Source of the DNA: Candidatus Bathyarchaeota archaeon
GTDB lineage: Archaea > Thermoproteota > Bathyarchaeia > Bathyarchaeales > Bathycorpusculaceae
Assembly (NCBI GenBank): GCA_030630585.1
Contig: DAOVMU010000001.1
Location: 1 to 34,807, forward strand
Direction of reading: 5' to 3'
DNA length: 34,807 nucleotides
Under the pieces are notes generated by a model. It saw nothing but the letters and a program-made list of their open reading frames with translations. It was not told the origin of the DNA and searched no databases. Made by a program: the position numbers and the translations under genes. Positions 15,522 through 23,422 of this stretch are shown here, piece after piece. Every line of letters starts with the position of its first letter. Within the stretch, counting starts at the first letter, position 1.

Positions 15522-15848
15522 TTGGAGAGAATAAACTTGGTCTACTGCTCTAAATGTGGATTCAAGAACGAGGATGATGCCGAGGTATGCAGTAAATGTG
15601 GAGCGTCTCTTCAGATATCTCGCATCGAAAGAAGACGAAGGGCGAAGCGTGTAGAAGATGAATGTTTTGGCTTGCCACACGGCGGTGCAATCGTAGGTCT
15701 CTTCATTGGCATAATAATAATACTCTGGGGCCTCACCCAACTGCCTGGACTACTGCCTGAAGAATTTAAGTTTTGGCCATGGATAATAGTCGTCTTTGGT
15801 GTATTGATTGCCGCTGGGGCTTTGTACGGCCTTACGCGCAGACAGTAA
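15522..15848 (+). CDS. Zinc-ribbon membrane protein (hypothetical)
   Basis: YCSKCGFKNEDDAEVCSKCG forms a CxxC-x10-CxxC zinc ribbon. It is followed by a basic linker and two hydrophobic helices (AIVGLFIGIIIILWG and IIVVFGVLIAAGALYG). The start may be TTG 15537 (MVYCSKCG). Confidence 0.5.
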   Translation: MERINLVYCSKCGFKNEDDAEVCSKCGASLQISRIERRRRAKRVEDECFGLPHGGAIVGLFIGIIIILWGLTQLPGLLPEEFKFWPWIIVVFGVLIAAGALYGLTRRQ

Positions 15849-15947
15849 CCTATCCCTCTTTTTCTGCAACCACGAAAACCCGATGTGCAAATTGACCATC
15901 AACATCTTTAAAGGATGTCACCATACAACCAACGTGGGAAATTGCAC

Positions 15948-17372
15948 ATGAAAATTCTGTTTGTGGAGCCGCCAAGGGACTTTTGGTTTGTAATGGGAGA
16001 GTATCTCCCACCACCATACGGAATCATTCAGCTTGCTGCCTACCTTGAAAGAGAAGCCAAAGATGTTGAAATTGAAGTGTTGGACTGCACCCCTCAGAAC
16101 ATAGACTGGAAAGGGGTTGAAAGGAGAATTGAATCCTTCAATCCAGACATTGTGGCTGCCAGCGCATTCGCCACTTGCAATGTCTACTTGGTTCCCAGAA
16201 CCTTTGAAATCGCCAAAAAAACAAACCCTAACATACTCACAGTCACAGGAGGCCAGCATTTCACAGCAACAGCCCAAGAGAGCCTAGAAACATATCCTGA
16301 AATTGATGTTATCGTACGTGGGGAAGGTGAACAAACCCTAACAGAACTGGTCAAACAAGAAATGAAAAGGTCATCTTTTCTAAGGATAAAGGGAATCTCT
16401 TTCAGACACGATGGAAAAATCCTTCACAACTCCTCTAGACCACTGATTAAGGATTTAAACGAACTCCCCTATCCCGGTTACCATTTCGTCAAGGACCTTG
16501 TTCATAAATATCATTTCGCCGCGATGGCTGGTCGCAAAGCTCCTTATGCGTTAATTGAGGGTGCGAGAGGCTGTTCACACCGCTGTACATTTTGCACTCA
16601 GTGGCAACATTGGGGCGGAGTCTGGCGATTAAAGACACCTAAGCGAATCGCTGATGAGATAGAGTTTTGCTACAACAATTATGGAAGCAGATTCATCTGG
16701 CTAACAGACGATGATTTCGGTCCAGGCAATAGAGCAAGCATCCTCGCTGATGAACTCAATCACCGGGAAGTAGGAGACGATTTGATGTTGTTTTTACAAT
16801 GGAGATGCGATGACGTTATCAAGAACAAAGGCGTCTTGTCCAAGATGCGCAAGGCTGGCCTATACTGGGTTATGATGGGTGTGGAAAGCCCGAGGGGATC
16901 GACTCTTGAGAGTTTCAAGAAGGGTATAACCGCAGAAGAAGCAAAGAAGGCTGTTAAGTTACTGAAGGAGAATGATATTTTTGCACATGCAATGTTCGTG
17001 ATAGGTGACCGTAAAGACACAGCTGAGTCAATTGCGGATTTGAGAGTATTTGCTAACGAGTTAGATCCAGACTTTGCGATATTTACCGCTCTCACACCGT
17101 TTCCTGGAACCGAAATCTTCGAGGAAGCTAAACGTAATGGTTGGATTGAAGATTTCAATTTGTCGCATTACGACATGGCACACGCAATTATGCCGACGGA
17201 AACCTTATCAAGGAGAGAAGTGCAGGAAGAACTTTACAATTGCTATCGGAGCTTCTACGGTTCTTGGCGAAGAAGACTGGGAGGAGTATTTTCCAGTAAC
17301 AAATTAAAAAGACAGCTTTTCTGGCACATGATGAGAAAAGGCGTCGTAAGGCAATTCAAATCACTCTTTTAA
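15948..17372 (+). CDS. B12-binding-domain radical SAM enzyme (class B), substrate unknown
   Basis: The N-terminal KILFVEPP...PPPYGIIQLAAYLE...DIVAASAF resembles a cobalamin-binding Rossmann domain. EGARGCSHRCTFC carries the CxxxCxxC radical SAM motif. The track starts at 15915; ATG 15948 (MKILFVEPP) is more likely. Confidence 0.8.
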   Translation: MKILFVEPPRDFWFVMGEYLPPPYGIIQLAAYLEREAKDVEIEVLDCTPQNIDWKGVERRIESFNPDIVAASAFATCNVYLVPRTFEIAKKTNPNILTVTGGQHFTATAQESLETYPEIDVIVRGEGEQTLTELVKQEMKRSSFLRIKGISFRHDGKILHNSSRPLIKDLNELPYPGYHFVKDLVHKYHFAAMAGRKAPYALIEGARGCSHRCTFCTQWQHWGGVWRLKTPKRIADEIEFCYNNYGSRFIWLTDDDFGPGNRASILADELNHREVGDDLMLFLQWRCDDVIKNKGVLSKMRKAGLYWVMMGVESPRGSTLESFKKGITAEEAKKAVKLLKENDIFAHAMFVIGDRKDTAESIADLRVFANELDPDFAIFTALTPFPGTEIFEEAKRNGWIEDFNLSHYDMAHAIMPTETLSRREVQEELYNCYRSFYGSWRRRLGGVFSSNKLKRQLFWHMMRKGVVRQFKSLF

Positions 17373-17395
17373 AGCGACAAAACCGCGCACTTCGC

Positions 17396-18490
17396 CTACC
17401 TTCCTATTTCTAGAGTGTAGGGGCCCTTTGTGAATCTCTCTGCCTTGTTTTTCCCCACTGAAACCGTGTCTTCTATACGTATGCCTCCAAAACCTACAAT
17501 GTATATACCAGGCTCGATAGTCACAACGTTTCCAACTGTTAGTCTATCTTTACTTTCTCGATTCAGTGTTGGTGATTCATGAACTTCTAAGCCTACGCCG
17601 TGACCTAGACCGTGGACGAAATATTCGCCGTAGCCAGCGTCATCTATCACTTTTCTTGCAGTCGCATCTATGTTTTTTGCCTTTGCTTTGGATTTCACAT
17701 TTTGGAAGGCTTTCTCTTGAGCCATCTTGACAATTTCATAGATTTTCATTTGTTTAGTTAAAGGCTTTCCAGCCGTGATTGTTCGTGTCATGTCTGAACA
17801 ATAGAATTGGTAGGTAGCTCCTATGTCAACCACAACCAAGTCGCCTTTCTTTATTTTCCGGTGAGTGCAGCCTCCATGTGGAAACGCTGAACGGACTCCT
17901 GATACCACGATAGTTTTGAACGCTGTTCCCCAAGAACCTTTTTTACGCATTGCATACTCAATTTCCGCGGCAACTTCATATTCTCTTACGCCTGGCTTAA
18001 TTACTTCATAAGCGACTTTCATGCCTTCGCTTGTTAATTCTCCAGCTTTTTGCATAAGTTCAAGTTCTTCTTCATCTTTTACTTTGCGAAGCGCTCTTAC
18101 AGGTTCATTTTCAACCTTGATTTTGGCTATTCCTCTCAAAACTCTGCCGAGTTTCAGGTAGTCTGCAACGTGTGGAACACCTGCAATTGTGTCTAAGCCA
18201 AGCTGTTTAATTCTTGAGGCCTCGACTTTCTCGGCGATTTTAGTGGCCAAGTTCTCGCCTCGTTTGACTAGTTCAACCTTGAATCCTTTAGTTTTGGCTT
18301 TGACTTGTTCATAATTGACGCCGTAAACATAGATTATGCTTTCACCGGTTTTTGGAATAAGTACACATGATGCCCCTGGAGAACCTATGAAATACAAAAG
18401 GTTTGCTTCATTACCGATTAGAAACCCGTCCAAACCTTCTTTCTCAAAGGCTAATTGTTTCAAAGCTTCGACTCTTTTCAAGCTTTCCAC
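17396..18490 (-). CDS. Xaa-Pro aminopeptidase/dipeptidase, M24B family
   Basis: A creatinase-like N-domain is followed by the pita-bread motifs VVVDIGATYQFYCSDMTRT, HGLGHGVGLEVHE, EPGIY and GGIRIEDT. Confidence 0.85.
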   Translation of the reverse strand: MESLKRVEALKQLAFEKEGLDGFLIGNEANLLYFIGSPGASCVLIPKTGESIIYVYGVNYEQVKAKTKGFKVELVKRGENLATKIAEKVEASRIKQLGLDTIAGVPHVADYLKLGRVLRGIAKIKVENEPVRALRKVKDEEELELMQKAGELTSEGMKVAYEVIKPGVREYEVAAEIEYAMRKKGSWGTAFKTIVVSGVRSAFPHGGCTHRKIKKGDLVVVDIGATYQFYCSDMTRTITAGKPLTKQMKIYEIVKMAQEKAFQNVKSKAKAKNIDATARKVIDDAGYGEYFVHGLGHGVGLEVHESPTLNRESKDRLTVGNVVTIEPGIYIVGFGGIRIEDTVSVGKNKAERFTKGPYTLEIGR

Positions 18491-18690
18491 CCTGACAAAG
18501 AGATTCTTTGCTACCTCTTAACCTAAAACGTTTTTGTTTGCTCTTTGCTATGAACGTTGGAGATTCTTGAAATGATTTTCAGGTGTTCTGAAGATATCCT
18601 TTGAGTTTTTGAGGTTGGATGGTCATTCCCCCCAATCGTTAATAAGGGCAACAATAGAATAGACGGCAATTTGAGCCCCGCTAGCTAGTG

Positions 18691-19794
18691 TTAGAAGCCA
18701 AACGCGTTTATTATTATCGGAGCGTAAGTTAAGACTATTGCTCCTGCTATGACGGAGGCTATTTGACCGCCTACGTTTACCGCCATGGCATGTGGTAGAA
18801 GCCAATTGCTTGAATCTTCCTCTCTTCCAATTTTGTGGGCTGTTCTTGCCGCCATTGGAAAGGCGGATATGCCGCAGGCTCCAATTAATGGGTTCACTTT
18901 GCCTTTTGTTATTAAGGATGCGAGTTTGGCGACTAGAATTCCAGGGATTATGTTAAAGGTAAAGGCAACTAAGCCTAGAGCGAATATTGTGAGGGTGCTT
19001 GGAAGCAGAAATGCTTGTGCGCTCATTGTTCCACCTATTGTAAGCCCTAAAAGTATTGTTGTGACGTTTGCTATTTCGTTCTCAGCTGATTTTGCAAGCC
19101 TTTTTACGACGCCACTCTCTTTTATGAGGTTTCCAAACATTAAACAACCCATTAATGGAAGCCCAATGGGCGCTATGACTCCTGTTATGATAGTGACCGT
19201 TATTGGGAAAACTATTCGAATCGTCTTAGAATAAGCCTTGGGTTCATATTCCATTTTGATCAGTCTTTCCTTGCGGGTGGTCAACGCCTTAGAAATTGGG
19301 ATTTGAATGATTGGTACAAGAGCCATATAAGAATAGGCGCAGACCGTAATAGGTCCAAGCAAATCCTTAGCGAACCTTGAACTAACGAAAATAGCTGTAG
19401 GCCCGTCCATGGCTCCGATTATTCCAATACTTGACGCTTCATATGGAGTGAATCCCACAGCCAATGCACAGAGTATTGCCACAAAAATTCCAATATGCGC
19501 AGCTGCAGCCAATAGTAGAAACCAAGGTCGTTCTATTAACGCTCCGAAATCGCACATGGCACCAATCCCTATGAATAACAGGCAAGGAAATATCTCGGTT
19601 AAAATGCCAAAATCGTAGAGAAATCTCAGAATCCCGCCTTCACTCATAAGTCCTGAGTACGGAATGTTAACAAGCAACGCTCCGAAACCTATGGGAATCA
19701 ACAAAAGCGGTTCATACTGCTTTTTTATCGCCAAGTAAATTAGCACACAACCAACAAAAATCATTATTGCATTGCCCAGCGGAAAGGGAAGCAT
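18691..19794 (-). CDS. oadB: Sodium-translocating decarboxylase beta subunit (OadB/GcdB/MmdB family)
   Basis: A polytopic 367-aa protein that starts with the family-typical ...YLAIKKQYEPLLLIPIGFGALLVN. The start is 1 nt after the stop of the carboxyltransferase gene. Confidence 0.85.
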   Translation of the reverse strand: MLPFPLGNAIMIFVGCVLIYLAIKKQYEPLLLIPIGFGALLVNIPYSGLMSEGGILRFLYDFGILTEIFPCLLFIGIGAMCDFGALIERPWFLLLAAAAHIGIFVAILCALAVGFTPYEASSIGIIGAMDGPTAIFVSSRFAKDLLGPITVCAYSYMALVPIIQIPISKALTTRKERLIKMEYEPKAYSKTIRIVFPITVTIITGVIAPIGLPLMGCLMFGNLIKESGVVKRLAKSAENEIANVTTILLGLTIGGTMSAQAFLLPSTLTIFALGLVAFTFNIIPGILVAKLASLITKGKVNPLIGACGISAFPMAARTAHKIGREEDSSNWLLPHAMAVNVGGQIASVIAGAIVLTYAPIIINAFGF

Positions 19795-19795
19795 A

Positions 19796-21247
19796 CTAGT
19801 TTTTCACCCTCCTAATTGCTACTTCGTAGTCTTCACCGTTGAGAGTGACTCTAAACCTTCTTCCAAGCATTTCAGCTTCTAAGGGAAGCTCATCTGACGT
19901 AAACTCCGGCTTGGCTTGACCGCTTAAGAAGTTTTTTGTTTCTTCTGGAAACAGGGCATAGGAAATCACATCTTCTTCTTTTGTTAGCAGCTGTAAATCC
20001 TCAAGTTCGTCTCTACATTTCTTATACATAGGTTCCAAGAGGTCTGCAGGTCTACAATCTATAATTTCATCACGCCAGTTTGAACCTAAAATCTTCTTGC
20101 AGATCTCTTCTGAAATTTGCACTGGTGGATTCCCATACATCCCCCTAACATAATTTTTTGTTTCTTCCAAAACACGTTTGTATCTCCCGAAACGAACGTT
20201 CATGACTGCCTGCACTCCAACTATCTGACTTGTCGGCGTAACCAGTGGTGGCCAACCAAGATCTTTCTGAACATAGTGCGTTTCCTCTAAAACCTCGTAG
20301 TATTTATCCACTGCACCAAACCGTTCCAGTTGGATTATGAGGTTTGAAAGCATTCCGCCAGGTATTTGATGCACAATAACCGATGGGTCCACCATCATTG
20401 CCTGTTCTCTATGCAGATGCCCATATTTTTTCCACACCTTCAGGAAGTATTTTCTACATTCCATCAACAGATCAATATCATAACCCGTATCGTAAGGAGT
20501 ATCCCTAAGAGCAACTACGATAGATTCTGTCGGCGGATGCCCAGCTCCTCCTGAAATTGGCGACATTGCACAGTCCAGTATGTCTACGCCTGCCTCGCAC
20601 GCCTTCATGTAGGAAAGCATAGTCATTCCAGAAGTTGTGTGCGAGTGTAACCCTATTGGCACTCTTATTTCTTCTTTGCAGGCACGAATTATTTCGTATG
20701 CCCTGGATGGTGAAACCATTCCAGCCATATCTTTAAGACAAAGGGAATCACATCCCATTTCTTCGAGTTTCTTGAAAGTATTCACGTAGTATTCGACTGT
20801 ATGAACTGGAGAAATCGTGTAGCATAGGCTGCCTTGAGCGTGAGCACCTACTTTTTGAACAGTCTCTATTGGCACCTTCAGGTTTCTCAAGTCGTTTAAG
20901 GCGTCAAATATTCTGAAGTAGTCAACGCCATCTTTGTGAGCGTATTCTATGAACTTTTGAACTATGTCGTCTGGAAAGTTGCGGTATGCCACTATGTTCA
21001 TGGCTCTTTCAAGCATCTGCATGGGCGTGTTGGGCATTTGCTCTTTAAGTGTTTTAAGGCGTTCCCAAGGGTCTTCAGCTAAGTATCGAAGGCAAACGTC
21101 AAAGGTTGCTCCTCCCCAAACCTCTAATGCGAAAAATCCTACCTTGTCTATGGTTTTTGTTATTGGAAGCATGTCTTCTGTTCTCATACGTGTTGCAAGT
21201 AGCGACTGATGAGCGTCCCTGAAAATAAGATCGGTTATTTGCACCAT
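19796..21247 (-). CDS. oadA: Oxaloacetate decarboxylase alpha / pyruvate carboxylase B-type carboxyltransferase subunit lacking a biotinyl domain
   Basis: ITDLIFRDAHQSLLATRMRTEDM, an HMGL-like TIM barrel (HSHTTSGM) and a PYC_OADA-type C-domain are present. It ends in FRVTLNGEDYEVAIRRVKN with no MKM biotin motif. An AGGTGA Shine-Dalgarno precedes ATG 21247; the track uses GTG 21256. Confidence 0.85.
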   Translation of the reverse strand: MVQITDLIFRDAHQSLLATRMRTEDMLPITKTIDKVGFFALEVWGGATFDVCLRYLAEDPWERLKTLKEQMPNTPMQMLERAMNIVAYRNFPDDIVQKFIEYAHKDGVDYFRIFDALNDLRNLKVPIETVQKVGAHAQGSLCYTISPVHTVEYYVNTFKKLEEMGCDSLCLKDMAGMVSPSRAYEIIRACKEEIRVPIGLHSHTTSGMTMLSYMKACEAGVDILDCAMSPISGGAGHPPTESIVVALRDTPYDTGYDIDLLMECRKYFLKVWKKYGHLHREQAMMVDPSVIVHQIPGGMLSNLIIQLERFGAVDKYYEVLEETHYVQKDLGWPPLVTPTSQIVGVQAVMNVRFGRYKRVLEETKNYVRGMYGNPPVQISEEICKKILGSNWRDEIIDCRPADLLEPMYKKCRDELEDLQLLTKEEDVISYALFPEETKNFLSGQAKPEFTSDELPLEAEMLGRRFRVTLNGEDYEVAIRRVKN

Positions 21248-21252
21248 AAGAT

Positions 21253-21474
21253 TCACCTAGTCTCCATTTTCTCAACTTTTTCTCTAAGCTCCCTAACAAT
21301 GGAATCTAGCTCATCAATTTTCTTTTCGAGTTCGTTCGTTTTCTTCAGCAATGTTTCAAGGTTTTTCGGAAGCTTTGCGGCTGAAGCTGTTTTGGCTGGG
21401 CAAGGCTTGGCAAGATGGATCGCTATTGCTGCTGAGAGAGCGGCTGCTTCCTTCTTGCTGATTTCGGTTGCTAT
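21253..21474 (-). CDS. Short ORF with an OadG C-terminal-like motif and coiled-coil tail; no canonical start codon
   Basis: My own translation: (I)ATEISKKEAAALSAAIAIHLAKPCPAKTASAAKLPKNLETLLKKTNELEKKIDELDSIVRELREKVEKMETR-stop. AAALSAAIAIHLA resembles the VAAIxAAIxxH motif of OadG-family gamma subunits. The frame is open from 21516, and the only candidate start before the motif is ATA 21474, preceded by GGGAGGA. Its stop overlaps the oadA Shine-Dalgarno. Confidence 0.4.
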   Translation of the reverse strand: MATEISKKEAAALSAAIAIHLAKPCPAKTASAAKLPKNLETLLKKTNELEKKIDELDSIVRELREKVEKMETR

Positions 21475-21692
21475 TTTTCTTCCTCCCTGATGCCACTCTT
21501 GTGAAACGTAGTTACCTCAATTATCGGTTTGTTGTAGATTGAGCAGCAAACCTTGATTATATCAAATTCCGGATTGATTTCAGGAATCACCTTCTCTTGT
21601 CTGCGGCACTTGTAAACGTCTACAATTTCTCTACATTCAGAGCAATACAGGTTGTAACCAAGTGTTTTCATGATGTCCACAGTTCTAACCAA
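21471..21692 (-). CDS. Small Cys-rich hypothetical protein inside the decarboxylase operon
   Basis: A 66-73 aa ORF (TTG 21692 or ATG 21671) with YCSECREIVDVYKC...KVCCS, five Cys in total. It sits in an operon position between the biotin carrier and the OadG-C-like ORF. I recognise no family. Confidence 0.4.
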   Translation of the reverse strand: MVRTVDIMKTLGYNLYCSECREIVDVYKCRRQEKVIPEINPEFDIIKVCCSIYNKPIIEVTTFHKSGIREEEK

Positions 21693-22320
21693 TTGAAACT
21701 AGGATGTCACCATCTTTCACGGAATCACCCTCTGACACATTTATTTCCTTTACAATGCCAGACACAGTGCTTTCGATGGCGTTTTCCATTTTCATAGTTT
21801 CCAACACGATGACTGTGCTTCCTTTTTCAACTTTGCTTCCAACCTTAACTGCCACCTTGACAACCGTTCCTTGCATCGGCGCGGTTATAACTTCCTTTTT
21901 CTCCTTTACAGCTTCCTTAGAAACGGTGACATCTTCCTTAACCTCCAAAGGAGGTTTCACCTCACCTCCCTCAAATCTCTCTACTTTGACCCTGTATTCT
22001 TCACCGCCCACAATGACTTTAAGTTCTTCACCAATCTCAAACGAAGACTCAACTTCTTCAAATTCCTTTCCAACAGTTCCTAAATCTACAATCTTCACCT
22101 CATGCTCTTCGCCATTAAGCCTAATCCTGAAAGCTCTGGCTCCAGTGTCTCCAACACCCTTTTGCCCTGTTTCTTTGGTTAGCGGTACCTCAACTTCCCC
22201 AATCATCTCCCTTTCAAAAATTCTTTTGAGAGCAACACACGCCAACGCAATCACAGCTAAGGAGGAAAATACGCTAACCACACCAATCAATGTTATGAGC
22301 AAACCAAACCCCAAATTCAT
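21685..22320 (-). CDS. Membrane-anchored biotin carrier: OadG-like N-terminal TM helix fused to a biotinyl (BCCP) domain
   Basis: The N-terminus MNLGFGLLITLIGVVSVFSSLAVIALACVALKRIF resembles a gamma-subunit anchor. Two xxLNGEEHEVKIV / VGGEEYRVKVE hairpin motifs follow. The C-terminal APMQGTVVKV...VIVLETMKMENAI...GDILVSIG carries the E(A/T)MKM biotinyl-lysine motif. Confidence 0.75.
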   Translation of the reverse strand: MNLGFGLLITLIGVVSVFSSLAVIALACVALKRIFEREMIGEVEVPLTKETGQKGVGDTGARAFRIRLNGEEHEVKIVDLGTVGKEFEEVESSFEIGEELKVIVGGEEYRVKVERFEGGEVKPPLEVKEDVTVSKEAVKEKKEVITAPMQGTVVKVAVKVGSKVEKGSTVIVLETMKMENAIESTVSGIVKEINVSEGDSVKDGDILVSIG

Positions 22321-22412
22321 TAACTCTAATCCTCTTCCAAAGTGCAGAAAGAAGGTATTCTACCACGTTGATTAATAAGTTTCGTAAAATCAGCAGCATG
22401 GTACGCGCAGTA

Positions 22413-23207
22413 TTATGCTTGCAGAGAAACATCTCCAACGAAAAAGCGCCTTATAGTTCCATCTTCAAGCCGCAGAACTAAGGCACCTTCATTATCAACG
22501 TCTAAGGCGAAACCGATCAATTTTTCGGTGCGACCTGTGATTTCCACCTGACGACCCAGAAAACCAGCATAATTTTTCCAATCCTCAAGAACGGGATCAA
22601 ATCCTTCCTTTAGGAAAAGTTCGTAAAGATTCTCCAGTCTTTCAAGCAAAGTCCTGAACAGCTTTTCTAGATGGATTTTTCGACCGAGCTCGTTTTCAAG
22701 TGAAGTGGCAACTTTTCCCAGTTGCTCTGGTAGTGCCTTTTCTACGTCGAAGTTTGCGTTGACTCCTACACCTACTACGACGAAATTAACGGTTTCGCCT
22801 ATCGTATTCATTTCTGCGAGTATACCGCAGATTTTCCGTCCGTTCACCAGCACGTCGTTGGGCCACTTAGTCTCCGCATTTAAGCCGAATACTTCACGTA
22901 AAACCTGAGTAACAGCTAATCCAGCCACAAACGTGAGTTTGGAGGCTTCTCTAGGGTTGAGCTTAGGTCTAAGAATTAGGGAAAACCACAACCCGCCTGT
23001 TGGGGAATCCCATCTTCTGCCAAGTCTTCCCCGCCCCCTTGTTTGAGTTGCTGCAATTACTACAGTTCCTTCTTCTGCGCCGTACGTGGCCAGTTTCTTA
23101 GCCCATTCGTTTGTCGACTTAGACCTGCAGGAAAAGAGGATGCTTCTTCCCACACGTTTGGTGCACAAACCATCTTGAAGCTGGTTTACCTTCAGCTTTG
23201 CTGACAT
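22413..23207 (-). CDS. birA: Biotin-[acetyl-CoA-carboxylase] ligase BirA (catalytic and C-terminal domains only)
   Basis: The GRGRLGRRWDSPTGGLWFSLILRP signature (GRGRxGRxW) is present, along with KWPNDVLVNGRKICGIL. No N-terminal HTH is apparent. The track starts at 23228; ATG 23207 is likely. Confidence 0.85.
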   Translation of the reverse strand: MSAKLKVNQLQDGLCTKRVGRSILFSCRSKSTNEWAKKLATYGAEEGTVVIAATQTRGRGRLGRRWDSPTGGLWFSLILRPKLNPREASKLTFVAGLAVTQVLREVFGLNAETKWPNDVLVNGRKICGILAEMNTIGETVNFVVVGVGVNANFDVEKALPEQLGKVATSLENELGRKIHLEKLFRTLLERLENLYELFLKEGFDPVLEDWKNYAGFLGRQVEITGRTEKLIGFALDVDNEGALVLRLEDGTIRRFFVGDVSLQA

Positions 23208-23357
23208 GCTGTCTACCACTACGAACACTTAAACGACCTGAGCATATTAAATTAAAAAGCCAAGAATCCTTCAAAGAAGTACCGCACCAGGATTCAGGTC
23301 ACCCTAGGCTAATCCTTCATTGTTTAGTTCTTGGCATCATAGAGCATTAGATAGATA

Positions 23358-23372
23358 CATTAATATATTTAT
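23358..23372 (+). promoter_or_regulatory. Putative TATA box for the aor operon (with a GGAGG Shine-Dalgarno at 23411-23415)
   Basis: ACATTAATATATTTA lies about 55 nt upstream of the TTG start at 23423. GGAGG lies 7 nt upstream of the start. Based on sequence pattern only. Confidence 0.3.
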
Positions 23373-23422
23373 CTCCATAATTTCTTTATTTCCATTACGC
23401 ATCAATAAAAGGAGGAAAATGT

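Noticed and set aside
15507-15740. 77-aa minus-strand ORF
   Set aside because: It overlaps the zinc-ribbon membrane protein gene on the other strand. That plus-strand gene has a clear CxxC-x10-CxxC motif and TM helices, whereas the minus-strand product has no features.
18785-19234. 149-aa plus-strand ORF, together with 19409-19618 and 18623-18805
   Set aside because: It lies inside or antisense to the polytopic OadB gene. This is a typical shadow ORF of a hydrophobic-protein gene.
21209-21490. 93-aa plus-strand ORF spanning the oadA start region
   Set aside because: It overlaps the oadA start and lies antisense to the OadG-C-like frame. The product (SSSIFFSSSFVFFSN...) is low complexity. 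The minus-strand reading gives a conserved AAIxAAI-type motif and a clean coiled coil.
21704-22375. 223-aa plus-strand ORF rich in Ser/Thr/Pro
   Set aside because: It is antisense to the OadG-TM/biotin-carrier gene, whose MKM biotinylation motif and TM anchor are unambiguous. The plus-strand product is compositionally biased and has no recognisable motif.
23419-23421. ATG just upstream of the AOR gene as its start codon
   Set aside because: It is out of frame with the AOR reading frame. TTG 23423 is in frame, lies 7 nt after GGAGG, and gives the family-typical N-terminus (M)HGYAGRILHVDLTTGK.
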